Below, piece after piece: positions 49,958 through 60,700 of a stretch of DNA of 64,000 nt (within the stretch, counting starts at the first letter, position 1; the number at the start of each line of letters is the position of its first letter). Source of the stretch: Alphaproteobacteria bacterium. GTDB lineage: Bacteria; Pseudomonadota; Alphaproteobacteria; UBA7887. Under the pieces are notes generated by a model that was given only the letters and a program-made list of their open reading frames with translations, was not told the DNA's origin and searched no databases. The DNA is taken from contig CBDCGL010000011.1 of the NCBI GenBank assembly GCA_965216755.1, forward strand, positions 1,760,001 to 1,824,000, read 5' to 3'. Made by a program: the position numbers and the translations under genes.

Positions 49958-50917
49958 CTAGTTGAAAGCCTCTTCCCACGTGCCCTGGGTGGCGGCGCGC
50001 GAGTATTCGGTGGCCCGGTTTTCGAAGAAATTGGTGTGTTCAACGCCGTTCAGGATTTCCTCAAGCCACGGCAGCGGATTGCGGCCGACATGATAAACAG
50101 GATCGAGTCCGAGCTCAGCCAAACGACGGTCGGCGATATAGCGGATGTATCGTTTAACGTCGACGGCACCCAACCCTTCGACGCCGCCAAGCTCGAACGC
50201 CAGATCGATAAAGGCGTCTTCATGTTCCACCACTGTATCGCAGATCTGATAGAGATCATCGCGTAGCCCGCGATTGTCAATTTCCGGATTTTCAGTCACA
50301 AAAGTCTTGAACAACCGAATAACCGATTGGGTGTGCAAGGTTTCGTCGCGTACCGACCACGAGACGATTTGTCCCATGCCCTTCATTTTGTTGAAACGGG
50401 GGAAATTCAGCAAAATCGCAAAGCTGGCAAATAATTGCAGCCCTTCCGTAAACGCACCGAATGCAGCCAAAGTCCGCGCAATGTCTCCCTTGGTCGCGGT
50501 CCCGAACTGCTGCATATAGTCATATTTGTCCTTCATCTGCTTGTAATGCAGAAACGCGGCGTACTCGCTTTCAGGAATGCCGATCGTATCCAGCAAATAG
50601 GAATAGGCGGCGATATGGACGGTCTCCATGTTCGCGAACGCAACCAACATCATCATGATTTCAGTTGGTTTGAAGACAGCGGCGTAGTGCCGCATATAAC
50701 AATTGTTGACCTCAACGTCGCTTTGGGTGAAGAAACGGAAAATCTGCGTGAGGAGATTTCGTTCCTCGGCGGTGAGATTCCGATGCCAGTCCTTGATGTC
50801 GTCGGCCAGCGGCACTTCTTCCGGCAGCCAATGGATGCGCTGCTGCGTGTACCAAGCATCATACGCCCAGGGATATCGAAACGGCTTGTAAACCGGGTTG
50901 GCGTCCAGCAAAGACAT
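49958..50917 (-). CDS. nrdB: Ribonucleoside-diphosphate reductase class I beta subunit
   Basis: HWLPEEV, FFTQSD, ETVHIAAY (radical Tyr), TEG, DETLH and NFFENRATEY motifs. Confidence 0.95.
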   Translation of the reverse strand: MSLLDANPVYKPFRYPWAYDAWYTQQRIHWLPEEVPLADDIKDWHRNLTAEERNLLTQIFRFFTQSDVEVNNCYMRHYAAVFKPTEIMMMLVAFANMETVHIAAYSYLLDTIGIPESEYAAFLHYKQMKDKYDYMQQFGTATKGDIARTLAAFGAFTEGLQLFASFAILLNFPRFNKMKGMGQIVSWSVRDETLHTQSVIRLFKTFVTENPEIDNRGLRDDLYQICDTVVEHEDAFIDLAFELGGVEGLGAVDVKRYIRYIADRRLAELGLDPVYHVGRNPLPWLEEILNGVEHTNFFENRATEYSRAATQGTWEEAFN

Positions 50918-50951
50918 AATTCAGACCTTTTCCCCAGATATTATTTGTACG

Positions 50952-52775
50952 CTACTGGCAAGCCAGACACTCTTCATAACGTGCATCGTCGGCCGAATTT
51001 GGCATCGTTGCCGCCGCGGCTGCTGGCGCCATCGGCACATTGCTAATCGTGTCGGCCCGCTGGATCGACTTGGAACGACAGTAATAGAGGCTTTTCACGC
51101 CCTTGCGCCACGCCAACATATGGACTTGATGCAGATCCCGTTTGTGGATATCGGCGGGCAGAAACAGATTTATCGATTGTGATTGGCAGATATACGGCGT
51201 CCGATCAGCGGCAAGTTCAACCAGCCAACGCTGATCCAGCTCAAACGCGGTCTTGAACACCGCCTTATCGTGCGCGCCAAGAAAATCGAGGTGCTGTACC
51301 GAACCTTGCTGGGCGGTGATTGAAGACCAGACGTCGTCGGTATCACGACCGTGCTCGCGCAGCAAACGTGTCAAGTAGCAATTGCGCACGGTATATGAGC
51401 CGCTCAAAGTTTTGTGCGTATAACTGTTCGCCGCGACCGGTTCAATCCCCGGTGACGCGCCGCCACATATAATCGAGATGGAGGCTGTCGGCGCGATCGC
51501 GAGTTTGTTCGAAAAGCGCTCGGTGATCCCGTAGTCGGCCGCGTCCGGACATGGTCCCCGCTCCGCCGCCAACCGGTTCGACGCAGCATCGGCTTGGGCA
51601 CGGATTTTCTTGAAGATGTTGCGATTCCACACCTTGGCCATAACCGACTCGATCGGCACACCCTTGCTTTGCAAAAATGAGTGGAAACCCATGACGCCGA
51701 GGCCAATGCTGCGTTCGCGCATGGCGGCGTATCGCGCTCGGTCCATGCTGTCCGGCGCGCGGGCGATAAAGTCTTCCAACACATTGTCCAAAAAGCGCAG
51801 AACATCTTCGATGAAACGTGGGTGCTGTTGCCAAGCGTCAAATCTCTCCAAATTCAAGGATGACAAACAACATACCGCAGTCCGCTCTTGCCCAAAGCGG
51901 TCGCGCCCGGTCGGTAGCGTGATCTCGCTACACAGGTTTGACATCTTGACTGTCAAACCCGCCAGCTTGTGATGTTCCGGGGCTGCGCGATTCACGTGAT
52001 CGATGAAAAGAATGTAGGGCTCACCCGTTTCGATCCGCGCGGTCAGAATGCGAATCCAAAGCGCTCGTGCCGACACGCGACGGATGACGGCATTGTCTTT
52101 CGGGCTGACCAGTGCCCATTCGTCGTCGTCCTCAACCGCGCGCATGAAGGCGTCCGGGACGACGACAGCATTGTGCAGGTTCAATGCCTTGCGGTTCGGG
52201 TCGCCGCCGGTCGGGCGGCGCAGTTCAATAAACTCTTCGATCTCGGGATGGCTGACCGGCATGTAGACCGCCGCACTCCCACGCCGCAAAGATCCCTGGC
52301 TGATCGCGAGCGTCAGCGAGTCCATCACCCGGATAAACGGGATCACGCCCGAAGTCTTGCCGTTGCGCCCGACCCGCTCGCCAATCGAGCGCAAATTGCC
52401 CCAATAGCTGCCGATGCCACCGCCGCGCGCTGCCAGCCAAACATTCTCGTTCCATAGCCCGACAATGCCATCGAGACTGTCGCCAGCCTCATTCAAGAAA
52501 CACGAAATTGGCAAGCCACGATCCGTACCGCCATTGCTCAAAATGGGTGTCGAGGGCATAAACCAATGGCGACTTATGTAGTCATACAATCGCTGTGCAT
52601 GTTGGCTGTCATCGGCGAAGTGGCTGGCGACGCGCCCAAACAAATCCTGATAGGATTCGCCCGGCATCAGATAGCGGTCCGCAAGCACCGCCTTGCCAAA
52701 ATCTGTCAAAACTGCGTCGCGTGACTCGTCCGTTTCGACGCGCCCGCCACGCTCCAGCTGCACAACGTTGAGCAT
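50952..52775 (-). CDS. nrdA: Ribonucleoside-diphosphate reductase class I alpha subunit (no ATP cone)
   Basis: PISCF, SNLCSEI, APTAS, KSLYY and C-terminal ECLACQ. Confidence 0.95.
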   Translation of the reverse strand: MLNVVQLERGGRVETDESRDAVLTDFGKAVLADRYLMPGESYQDLFGRVASHFADDSQHAQRLYDYISRHWFMPSTPILSNGGTDRGLPISCFLNEAGDSLDGIVGLWNENVWLAARGGGIGSYWGNLRSIGERVGRNGKTSGVIPFIRVMDSLTLAISQGSLRRGSAAVYMPVSHPEIEEFIELRRPTGGDPNRKALNLHNAVVVPDAFMRAVEDDDEWALVSPKDNAVIRRVSARALWIRILTARIETGEPYILFIDHVNRAAPEHHKLAGLTVKMSNLCSEITLPTGRDRFGQERTAVCCLSSLNLERFDAWQQHPRFIEDVLRFLDNVLEDFIARAPDSMDRARYAAMRERSIGLGVMGFHSFLQSKGVPIESVMAKVWNRNIFKKIRAQADAASNRLAAERGPCPDAADYGITERFSNKLAIAPTASISIICGGASPGIEPVAANSYTHKTLSGSYTVRNCYLTRLLREHGRDTDDVWSSITAQQGSVQHLDFLGAHDKAVFKTAFELDQRWLVELAADRTPYICQSQSINLFLPADIHKRDLHQVHMLAWRKGVKSLYYCRSKSIQRADTISNVPMAPAAAAATMPNSADDARYEECLACQ

Positions 52776-52804
52776 CCGACCCCCGTACTTCCCCTGGCCC
52801 GGCC

Positions 52805-52838
52805 TTATCCACAGCTGTGGATAAAACTTTGTGGATAA
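52805..52838. promoter_or_regulatory. Three consensus DnaA boxes upstream of nrdA
   Basis: TTATCCACA (52805-52813), TGTGGATAA (52816-52824) and TGTGGATAA (52830-52838). Confidence 0.85.
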
Positions 52839-52887
52839 AGTCAATATCTAGTAGAGAGCGCCCACACCCGCCCACGAGATCTTGACC
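52839..52887. promoter_or_regulatory. Tandem NrdR-like boxes
   Basis: AGTCAATATCTAGTAG (52839-52854) and CCACGAGATCTTGACC (52872-52887) resemble acaCwAtATaTwGtg and are 33 bp apart. Confidence 0.6.
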
Positions 52888-53008
52888 GGCTGCGCAAACT
52901 AAGGGGCTGGGGGCGGCGTCGCAACACGAAAATAGCGTTGCCAAAAAAATGCCGGTGAGCGGGCCATTTCCGCCACAAGACGCGCATCGAAAGCGGACTG
53001 ACCAACCG

Positions 53009-53755
53009 CTAGGGGGTGGATAGGAGCGCGTCTTGCATCAAGCCAACCGCGGCCGCGCGCAGGCTTTGGGGGTAATTGCGCGAGAACGCTTCCAACGCTG
53101 TTTCAGCACGCAAGAGATAACGGCCGGCGTCAACATCATCGGGCGCATCGCGCGCGGCTTCAAAGGCGGTCGCGGCCGCGATAAACGCGATTTCTTCGCG
53201 GCGCGCATCATCGCCATAGTTTGGGAAACGCGCCGAAAACGCGGCCACCGAATCTGCGCGCGCCACGCGCAGATTCCAATTAGACCGACCGGCATCTGCG
53301 GCGATCGGCCGATCATAGAACCACGTTGTGATCAGGTTGTAGTGAATATCGGCGGCATGGTCCCCATCCGGCCGTAGAGCAAGATAGGTTTCGAAGGGCG
53401 TCGGGTCGACCTGGTAACGTTGGGTCGATGGCGACATTTCCAGAGTGACGCCGTGGGTCTGGATGTCCGCGAGCAAAAGCTCCGCAATAACGCTGTGGCT
53501 ACCGGCGTGCGCCAACCAGTCATCGCTCAGCAAGACCGCGACTTCGTCCAGCAACAGGCCAAGGCGATAGGCGGCGTCCGCGCGCTGGGCTGTGTCTCCA
53601 GGACCATCCATCGATCGCTGAAGCGCCGCCACGCTAGTTCCAAAGCTCGCGGCTTGATCGGCGGTGATCGTGTCGTGCGCCCGGCACGGCGCAATCGTCG
53701 CGCAGAGCAAGCTGATGGCGACAACCCAATGGGCGCCGATGTCAGTGCAACGCAC
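53009..53755 (-). CDS. Exported all-helical (TPR-like) hypothetical protein
   Basis: Signal-peptide-like segment (..CRA|HD) and helical repeats (AAYRLG, YLALRPDG, FSRNYPQS). Start uncertain. Confidence 0.65.
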   Translation of the reverse strand: MRCTDIGAHWVVAISLLCATIAPCRAHDTITADQAASFGTSVAALQRSMDGPGDTAQRADAAYRLGLLLDEVAVLLSDDWLAHAGSHSVIAELLLADIQTHGVTLEMSPSTQRYQVDPTPFETYLALRPDGDHAADIHYNLITTWFYDRPIAADAGRSNWNLRVARADSVAAFSARFPNYGDDARREEIAFIAAATAFEAARDAPDDVDAGRYLLRAETALEAFSRNYPQSLRAAAVGLMQDALLSTP

Positions 53756-53765
53756 CGTGAAAATG

Positions 53766-54338
53766 CTAACCGTCGACCGCCGGATCCGGCGGCGGCAAGC
53801 CTTGCCAATACGCCGCCGCTCCGGCATGAATGTCCAACGCGACGCCAGCCGGGTCGGCGGGCTGACGCGCTTCCGCCAACCGGGCACGATGGCCGTCAAG
53901 AGTCTCGACGACCGTGTAGGCGTGGATGGGGCGGAAGGCCTCATGGCACACCAGGTGGTGGTGACCCAGCGCGAACAGTAAGGAAATCGGCACGGACGGA
54001 AGACTTTGATCGGTCTTGCCACCCGCCAGCAACCGCGCCGCGTCGGCCGTCGACACCACCGCGAGTTCGATTTGCCGGGTCGACAGCAGGCTCGCCGCGC
54101 GTGACAAGTCCGGTGCCAGCGCGACACGCGCGCGGCTTTCCGGCAACGCGATCGCCAGCAGATTGGCGACCTTTTTGCTCAAAGGGAAACTTGGCGCGTC
54201 CGTCTTGGTCGCCAAAATCATCAAGTGGGTTTGCCGGTAGACGACCCATTGCTTATACGGCGCGTGAGCCTGACACAACCATGCCGCCATGGCGGCGACG
54301 CCGCCCTGCAATATGCGTCGCCGCGTGGCCGTTTGCAT
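53766..54338 (-). CDS. Exported hypothetical protein, possible Tat substrate, solute-binding-like
   Basis: TRRRIL twin-Arg-like leader, AHAPYKQWVVYRQTHL, PESRARVA and IHAGAAAY (similar to TAXI C-termini). Confidence 0.65.
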   Translation of the reverse strand: MQTATRRRILQGGVAAMAAWLCQAHAPYKQWVVYRQTHLMILATKTDAPSFPLSKKVANLLAIALPESRARVALAPDLSRAASLLSTRQIELAVVSTADAARLLAGGKTDQSLPSVPISLLFALGHHHLVCHEAFRPIHAYTVVETLDGHRARLAEARQPADPAGVALDIHAGAAAYWQGLPPPDPAVDG

Positions 54339-54363
54339 CACGCTCTTGCCGTTCTTGCCGCCG

Positions 54364-55626
54364 CTATTCGTCAAAGATGTCCAAAGACAGAACAGCCGAT
54401 ACGGCGTAATTGGGCACATCGACCACTTGGCCGACGCGCAGATCGGCAGCAACGCTGGTCAATATGTAGGCCTGCTCGCGCGTCAGACCATGTTCGCGCA
54501 CCATATAGTCGATCAAGTCGATGAGTGCCGCGCGCGCAGCGACTGTCAGATCCTCGGACAGGTTTTCCAGCGGCGCCAAGTCCGCCGAATCCAGATAGGC
54601 CGAATAAGGCGGTACAAAGCCGGCCTCTTTGAGCGGATAGCCGACCGTGGCGTAGAACGATGATGGTTCGATCGCCTTTAGCTGGGCACCGCCCTCAAAT
54701 TGCGGGCCTTTGATATACGCCGCCTGGCCTTTCCGCACCTCGGTCTGCAGTATCACCCGTGCGCCCATTTCGATCGCCGTGCCCGAAACCTCGCCATCGC
54801 CTTGGGCATAGTGAACGTCGCCCGCGAACAGTCCACAGCCGTCCACGAAACAAGGCAGCAGCAGCGTGGTGCCAACTTGCATCTGTTGCACATCCATGTT
54901 GCCACCATTTTCGCGCGGCGGAATGGTACGCAGGCATTTATCGGGATGGCTGCCTTCGGGGCCACAAACGGCGGCCGGCAGCGCGCCGGTCGCTTGCGGA
55001 TCCAACGCGATGCCGCCGGCTTCGGCCAGAGCCGTTTCGCGCGCAAGCCACGCATCCACTTCGGACTCGCCGGGCAATACCCCGACCGAGCCCATGAAAG
55101 CTTCGTAGGGGATCGCCACACCCGGAATTTGGTCCGAGCGAGCCTCCAGCCGGCTCAGCTTCCAATTGACGATGTGCGGGTCCGGATAGAGGTCACGCAG
55201 GAAACCAAACCCCGGCACAATCAACGTGTAACCATACTGATCCGGCTCGATGTCCACCAAGGTAACCGCCAACACATCCCCACGCTCGGCGCCGTTGATG
55301 TAAACCGGCCCCGTCATCGGATGGACCAAATTGAGGTCCACAGCAGCCAATTCCTCGGCGACTGAATTGAGCGTCAAATTGCTGTCGAGGGCATCACGCG
55401 TGCTCAGCACAATCATGTCACCCGGATCGGCGGTCGCCGCCGGCGGGATCGCCGGATGATAGCGATTGAAGCAAGCGGGATCGTCGGCGCAATGGTCGCC
55501 AGTACGTTCGACCACGACACGGGTTTGCCATGTCTCGTCACCGGTATCCGCCGCGGCCGGCAGGGCCATGGCCATCGCAAGCCCCATGCCCAGCAATGCG
55601 TGTCGCAAACTGATTGATCCGTTCAT
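54364..55626 (-). CDS. Acetamidase/formamidase (FmdA_AmdA) family protein with signal peptide
   Basis: HPMTGPVYING, PPRENGGNMD and GDVHYAQGDGEVSGTAIE motifs. Sec-type leader ending in PAAA. Confidence 0.9.
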   Translation of the reverse strand: MNGSISLRHALLGMGLAMAMALPAAADTGDETWQTRVVVERTGDHCADDPACFNRYHPAIPPAATADPGDMIVLSTRDALDSNLTLNSVAEELAAVDLNLVHPMTGPVYINGAERGDVLAVTLVDIEPDQYGYTLIVPGFGFLRDLYPDPHIVNWKLSRLEARSDQIPGVAIPYEAFMGSVGVLPGESEVDAWLARETALAEAGGIALDPQATGALPAAVCGPEGSHPDKCLRTIPPRENGGNMDVQQMQVGTTLLLPCFVDGCGLFAGDVHYAQGDGEVSGTAIEMGARVILQTEVRKGQAAYIKGPQFEGGAQLKAIEPSSFYATVGYPLKEAGFVPPYSAYLDSADLAPLENLSEDLTVAARAALIDLIDYMVREHGLTREQAYILTSVAADLRVGQVVDVPNYAVSAVLSLDIFDE

Positions 55627-55828
55627 TGAGTCCTCCCCACGCGCTCAACATGTCGACGCGCGAGCCGCCGGCAGCGTTCGGCCCCAGGGAACGTTCGCGG
55701 CAGCGGGCGTCATTCAGAATCTCATCCCAATGATAGGACGCCGATCGTAAAACACAATCCGAATTAGTCAGGTTCTGACGCAACGGTGAACGGCGGTCGC
55801 GTGAAGTTCACAACGCCGCGCCGTGGCT

Positions 55829-56980
55829 CTACACCGTGTTGGCGCCGCCCAGGATGACCGTCGCCTGGCTGGACAAGACGCCGCCATTGCCGTGACACAG
55901 GGCGATATCGACATCGGGGATCTGTCGTTCAGCGGCTTCGCCGCGCACCTGGCGGACACCTTCGATGACCGGGAATATCCCGTACATGCCCGGATGACAG
56001 CACGACAAACCGCCGCCACTGGTATTGACCGGCAACGATCCGCCCGGCGCAATACGGCCGCCGGAGACGAACGCCCCGCCCTCGCCCTTGCTGCAAAAGC
56101 CCAGGTCCTCAAGGAACAAGATCGTGTTGATTGTAAACGCGTCGTAGAGCTGCAGCACATCCACATCGTCAGGTGCGCAGCCCGCCATGGCATAGGCACG
56201 CGTGCCCGACTCGGTCGCGGCCGTCACCGTCAAATCGGGCATGTTGCTGATATAGCGATGCCAATGCGCGGTGGCCTGACCCAACACATAGACCGGGGGC
56301 TTCTTCAAGTCGCGTGCACGGTCGGCGCGGGTCATGACCAGAGCACCGCCACCGTCGGTCACCAGGCAGCAGTCCCGCAAGGACAAGGGATCGCAAATCA
56401 TGCGCGCGTTCAATACGTCGTCGATCGACAGGGGATCGCGCATAAAAGCTTCCGGATTCATTCCCGCCCACCCGCGCGCCGCCACCGCCACTTCGGCCAA
56501 TTGGGCGCGCGTCGTCCCGTATTCAAACATATGACGCGACGCCGCCAGCGCATAAGACGTGATGGGATTGCGCGGCTCATACGGCCCTTCATAGAGATCC
56601 GGCAGTGAGTTCGACACCAAGCGACCGGCCGCAGTGCGCTGGTTGCTGCCATAACAGATGAGCGCGACGTCGCACAGACCGGCTGACAACGAAAGCATTG
56701 CCGGCAGAATGTGGGCGACGAACGACGCACCCCCGATCATGTTCGACTCGGAGACTCTGGGCTTGATCCCCAAGTATTCGGCCGTGGTGAGCGTCGCCAT
56801 GTTGTAGAGCGGCGACGCGGTGAACAGGCCGTCGACGTCGGCGAAGCTCAGGCCACAGTCGTCAAGGGCCGTCCGCGCCGCTTCGGTAAGGATTTCCAAC
56901 GGCGACTGCCCCGGCGCCTCGCCGAGCCCCGCGACACCGGCACCAACAATCGCCGTCGCGCCACGCAAGGCATCAACCAT
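55829..56980 (-). CDS. Thiolase-superfamily protein (SCP-x/Ltp2-like)
   Basis: DCCLVTDGGGA, LYDAFT, NTSGGGLSCCHPG and QVRGEA..RQ motifs. Confidence 0.88.
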   Translation of the reverse strand: MVDALRGATAIVGAGVAGLGEAPGQSPLEILTEAARTALDDCGLSFADVDGLFTASPLYNMATLTTAEYLGIKPRVSESNMIGGASFVAHILPAMLSLSAGLCDVALICYGSNQRTAAGRLVSNSLPDLYEGPYEPRNPITSYALAASRHMFEYGTTRAQLAEVAVAARGWAGMNPEAFMRDPLSIDDVLNARMICDPLSLRDCCLVTDGGGALVMTRADRARDLKKPPVYVLGQATAHWHRYISNMPDLTVTAATESGTRAYAMAGCAPDDVDVLQLYDAFTINTILFLEDLGFCSKGEGGAFVSGGRIAPGGSLPVNTSGGGLSCCHPGMYGIFPVIEGVRQVRGEAAERQIPDVDIALCHGNGGVLSSQATVILGGANTV

Positions 56981-57371
56981 TGCCTTGCCCTCCCTCGGAA
57001 GACATCGGGCGAAAGGTGAGGAACGGCCGGTCGTCCTTGCGCCCGATCTGCGCTTCAACCGCCAGCCCGATGGCCACGGCGTCCGGCGCCAAACCATCGA
57101 CGCGGCTCATCAGGCGTGGCCCTTCCTTGAGTTCGATCAGCGCAACGTTGTAAGAGCCACCTTTCTCGGGCCGCCTTCGGACCACGCTGGTGGCGTAGAC
57201 GACGCCCTCGCCGCTCGCGCGCACCCAGTCAGGATCGGATGCCTGGCAATGGGGACACAAGGCACGCGGATAAAAGATATGGCGTTGGCATGACCGGCAA
57301 TGCTGGATCATGAACACGCCGTCTTCCAGATACCGCCAATAGGCGGCGTCAGGACCTAAGTCTTCGGCCAC
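56973..57371 (-). CDS. Zn-ribbon/OB-fold (DUF35) protein
   Basis: CRSC..FYPRALCPHC and LKEGPRLMS motifs. Overlaps the thiolase start. Confidence 0.92.
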   Translation of the reverse strand: MAEDLGPDAAYWRYLEDGVFMIQHCRSCQRHIFYPRALCPHCQASDPDWVRASGEGVVYATSVVRRRPEKGGSYNVALIELKEGPRLMSRVDGLAPDAVAIGLAVEAQIGRKDDRPFLTFRPMSSEGGQGNG

Positions 57372-57510
57372 GGTGATCGCTCTTTGATGTCTGTGAATCC
57401 ATTTGTGCGGACGAAGTGTAGCCCGGATCTCGCGCCATCACATCCGACGTCGGAACATAGGTGCAATGTGATCGTCGTATTCGATGCCAGCGGCCCGCCA
57501 TGCCCATTCC

Positions 57511-57535
57511 GTCACCGCCGGACTTGATCCGGCCA
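57511..57535. repeat. REP-like hairpin, left half
   Basis: GTCACCGCCGGACTTGATCCGGCCA. Confidence 0.45.
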
Positions 57536-57709
57536 CACGGAATATCCCGTTTTGCTGCGATCCTGGCGCCGGACACACCATTGTTCGCGTTTGTCGACCC
57601 ACAATCGACCGTTTGACCGGTACGCTTCGTTCCTATCGCTTGCAACCTATCCGATTGGGCTTATCCTAATGCCGCGATTGAGGGCATCTATCGAGAGTGA
57701 TCGTGGGCG

Positions 57710-60700
57710 ATGGTCGCTGACGAGGGCCAACGGAAGCTCGCGGCGATATTGGCCGCCGATGTCGCCGGATATTCGCGGCTGATGGCCGACGACGAGCGCG
57801 CCACCGTGCGTACCCTCACTGCCTATCGCACCCTGTTCAGCGAATATGTTGGGGGCCACCAAGGCCGCATCGTCGACACCGCCGGCGACAGCGTCTTGGC
57901 GACGTTCGACAGCATGGTCGAAGCGGTCGAGGCGGCCGTCGAAATCCAACGCGCGCTCGCGAACCGCAACCAAGATCTGCCCGGTCACCGCCGCATGCAT
58001 TTCCGCGTCGGCGTCAACCTCGGCGATATTATCGTGCGCGATGATGGCACGATCTATGGCGACGGGGTCAACGTCGCGGCACGGCTCGAAGGCCTCGCCG
58101 AACCCGGCGGCATCATGATTTCCGGTTCGGCCCACGAACAAATCGAAGGCAAGCTCGACGTGAGCCTGGCGGACGCCGGCACCCACGACGTCAAGAACAT
58201 CCCGCGCCTCGTCCGCGCCTATCGCGTTCACCTGACCGCCGACGAAGCCACCGACGCGCCCCGCCCAAAACTCCGCCGCCGCGCCGTGCCGTTGGGCGTC
58301 TCTGCATTGGTTGCGGCGATTATTGTCGCCAGTGCCGTTTGGTGGTTCGCCCTGCGCGACACAACACCACCCATGCTCACCGCCGACGGTATCCCGACCG
58401 ATGATCCGATCTTGGCGATGCCGACGGGGCCATCAATTGCAGTGCTACCGTTTAATAATATAAACGACGACACTGGTCACGAGTACTTTGCCGACGGGAT
58501 TACCGAAGACATCATCACGCGCCTCTCACATTTCCCTGACTACATGGTGATAGCGCGCAATACAACGTTTCAATACAAGGGCCGAGCAATTGACGTTGGC
58601 GAAGTGGCCCGCGAACTCAGTGTCGATTTTGTGCTTGAAGGCAGCGTTCGGCGCGACGAAACGCGCGTGCGGATCACTGCGCAACTGATCGATGGGAACG
58701 CGGGAAGCCATTTGTGGGCAAACAGCTTTGATGGCGACCTGACCGCCGGAGATATTTTCGATATTCAAGATGCGATAACCGAACAGGTCGTGACCACATT
58801 GGCGGATACCTACGGTGTTATCTCGCTGGCCGGCTATAAGCGATCGCTTGTCCGCGGCTCCGCGGACCTATCTGCCTATGAGTGTGTATTGGGCGCCCAC
58901 GGCTACTACGGTAGCAATACGACGCCAACCGAGCATGCACGTGTTCGCGATTGTCTGGAACGCGCGGTCGAGATTGCTCCGGATTATGCGGACGCTTGGG
59001 CATGGCTTGCAGCCATGTACCGTGATGAACACATGGTTGGCTTCAACGCAAAGCCCAACGCGCTTGTTCGGGCCGAAGATGCTGCGCGCAAGGCTGTCAA
59101 TTTGGATCCGCAGAACGTCGAAGGCAACCTGGTGCTCGCGCACGTGCGCTTTTTCAAGCACGACATCCCAGGATTTCTAGTCAGCGCACGTCGGACGGTT
59201 TCCATTAACCCAAATAGCGCTGACGCCTTGGCGTCTATGGGTATGGCAATGGGTTATGCAGGTTATTGGGAGGAAGGTCTGGCCTGGACGACAAAAGCGA
59301 TGAAGCTAAATCCCCGGTTTCCGCCGTGGTTTCAATGGGTGTTCTTTTATGACCGCTTTCGCAATGGAGAATACGAAGTGGCGGCAGAGCGGGCGGAACT
59401 AGGCGTCGTTCCCGGATTCTATTGGTCAAACCTCATGCAAGCGGCCGCATATGGGAAACTAGGGCGTTTGGCAAGAGGCAGATCAGCAGTGATGGCACTC
59501 ACCGAGCTCTATCCTGGTTACGATCTCGAAATGGCGGAGGAGTTGCATCGGACCTGGAACTTTGATGATGCATTGATAGCTGACATACTCGATGGACTGC
59601 GCAAGGCGGGCTTGCCTGAACCCTCTTTTGCACCTTCTCGTCCGGTCATTGCCGTGCTACCGTTTGACAATCTCAGTGGTGATCCGGAGCAAGACTATTT
59701 CTCGGATGGCATCACCGAAGACATCATCACGCGCTTGGCGCAGGTCCAGGATATCCTCGTACTCGGGCGCAACACGTCTTTTCAGTTCAAGGGCGAGGCC
59801 ATTGACATCGAAACTGTCGCCCAGAAACTCGGCGCCGACTATGTGGTCGAAGGCAGCATCCGCCGTGGCGGCAACACCGTGCGCGTCACCGCCCAGCTGC
59901 TGAACGGCGATGACGGCACGCACCTGTGGGTCGAAACCTATGACCGCGCACTCGATCCCGCCAATCTATTTGCCATTCAAGATGAGATCACAGCCGCGGT
60001 GGCAAGCCGCATTGGAGACCCCAGTGGCGCCATAAACCGTGCCGAGTTCCAACGTTCGGTCAAGCGTGCGCCAAGTCAATTGGCATCTTACGATTGTGTG
60101 CTGAGGTATTTTGAGTACCTTCGGGTTACCAGCGAACTAACATTTCGTACAGCGCTCGATTGCCTGGAATCCACTGTCGCGGCCGATACGAACTTCGCTG
60201 ACGCGTTGACATTCCTTGGTGACCTCTATGTCGATGATGTCGCAATGGAGTTTGGCCTTTCGCCGCATGCGACCCTTCGGTCGGGCCTCAATCTGATTCA
60301 GCAAGGCGTCGCCGCAGATCCGAAGAATGGCGTGGCGCGAGTCCGATTGGCCCGCGCGCTTCTACTTAATGATCAGCCCGAACGTGCTATTCGTGAAGCC
60401 GAACAAGCGTTGCAATTGGCACCCAACAACACCGACGTCCTCGGCACAGCCAGTGTCGTATTCACGAACTCGGGGCAATACGATCGCGCCAGAGAAACCA
60501 TGGAGAAAGTCGCGGTTTTGAATCCAAACTATTCGGCATGGATGAATTGGGAACCGGCAAAAGGTCATCTGGCCCGCGGCAACTATGCCGAAGCCATTCG
60601 GTCAATCGAGAAAACCGAGATGCTTTGGTGGTCCCGAACAAAAATCTTCATGGCCGCGGCCTTATGCGCAAATGGCGATACGGAACAGGGTCGGCAAATG

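Noticed and set aside
49958-50917. Metal-free (class Ie) or Tyr-less (class Ic) RNR beta subunit
   Set aside because: All carboxylate/His ligands and the radical Tyr are present.
52805-52838. DnaA box cluster as the replication origin
   Set aside because: The intergenic space is short and GC-rich, with no AT-rich unwinding element and none of the usual origin-flanking genes. Its position at the nrdA promoter explains the boxes.
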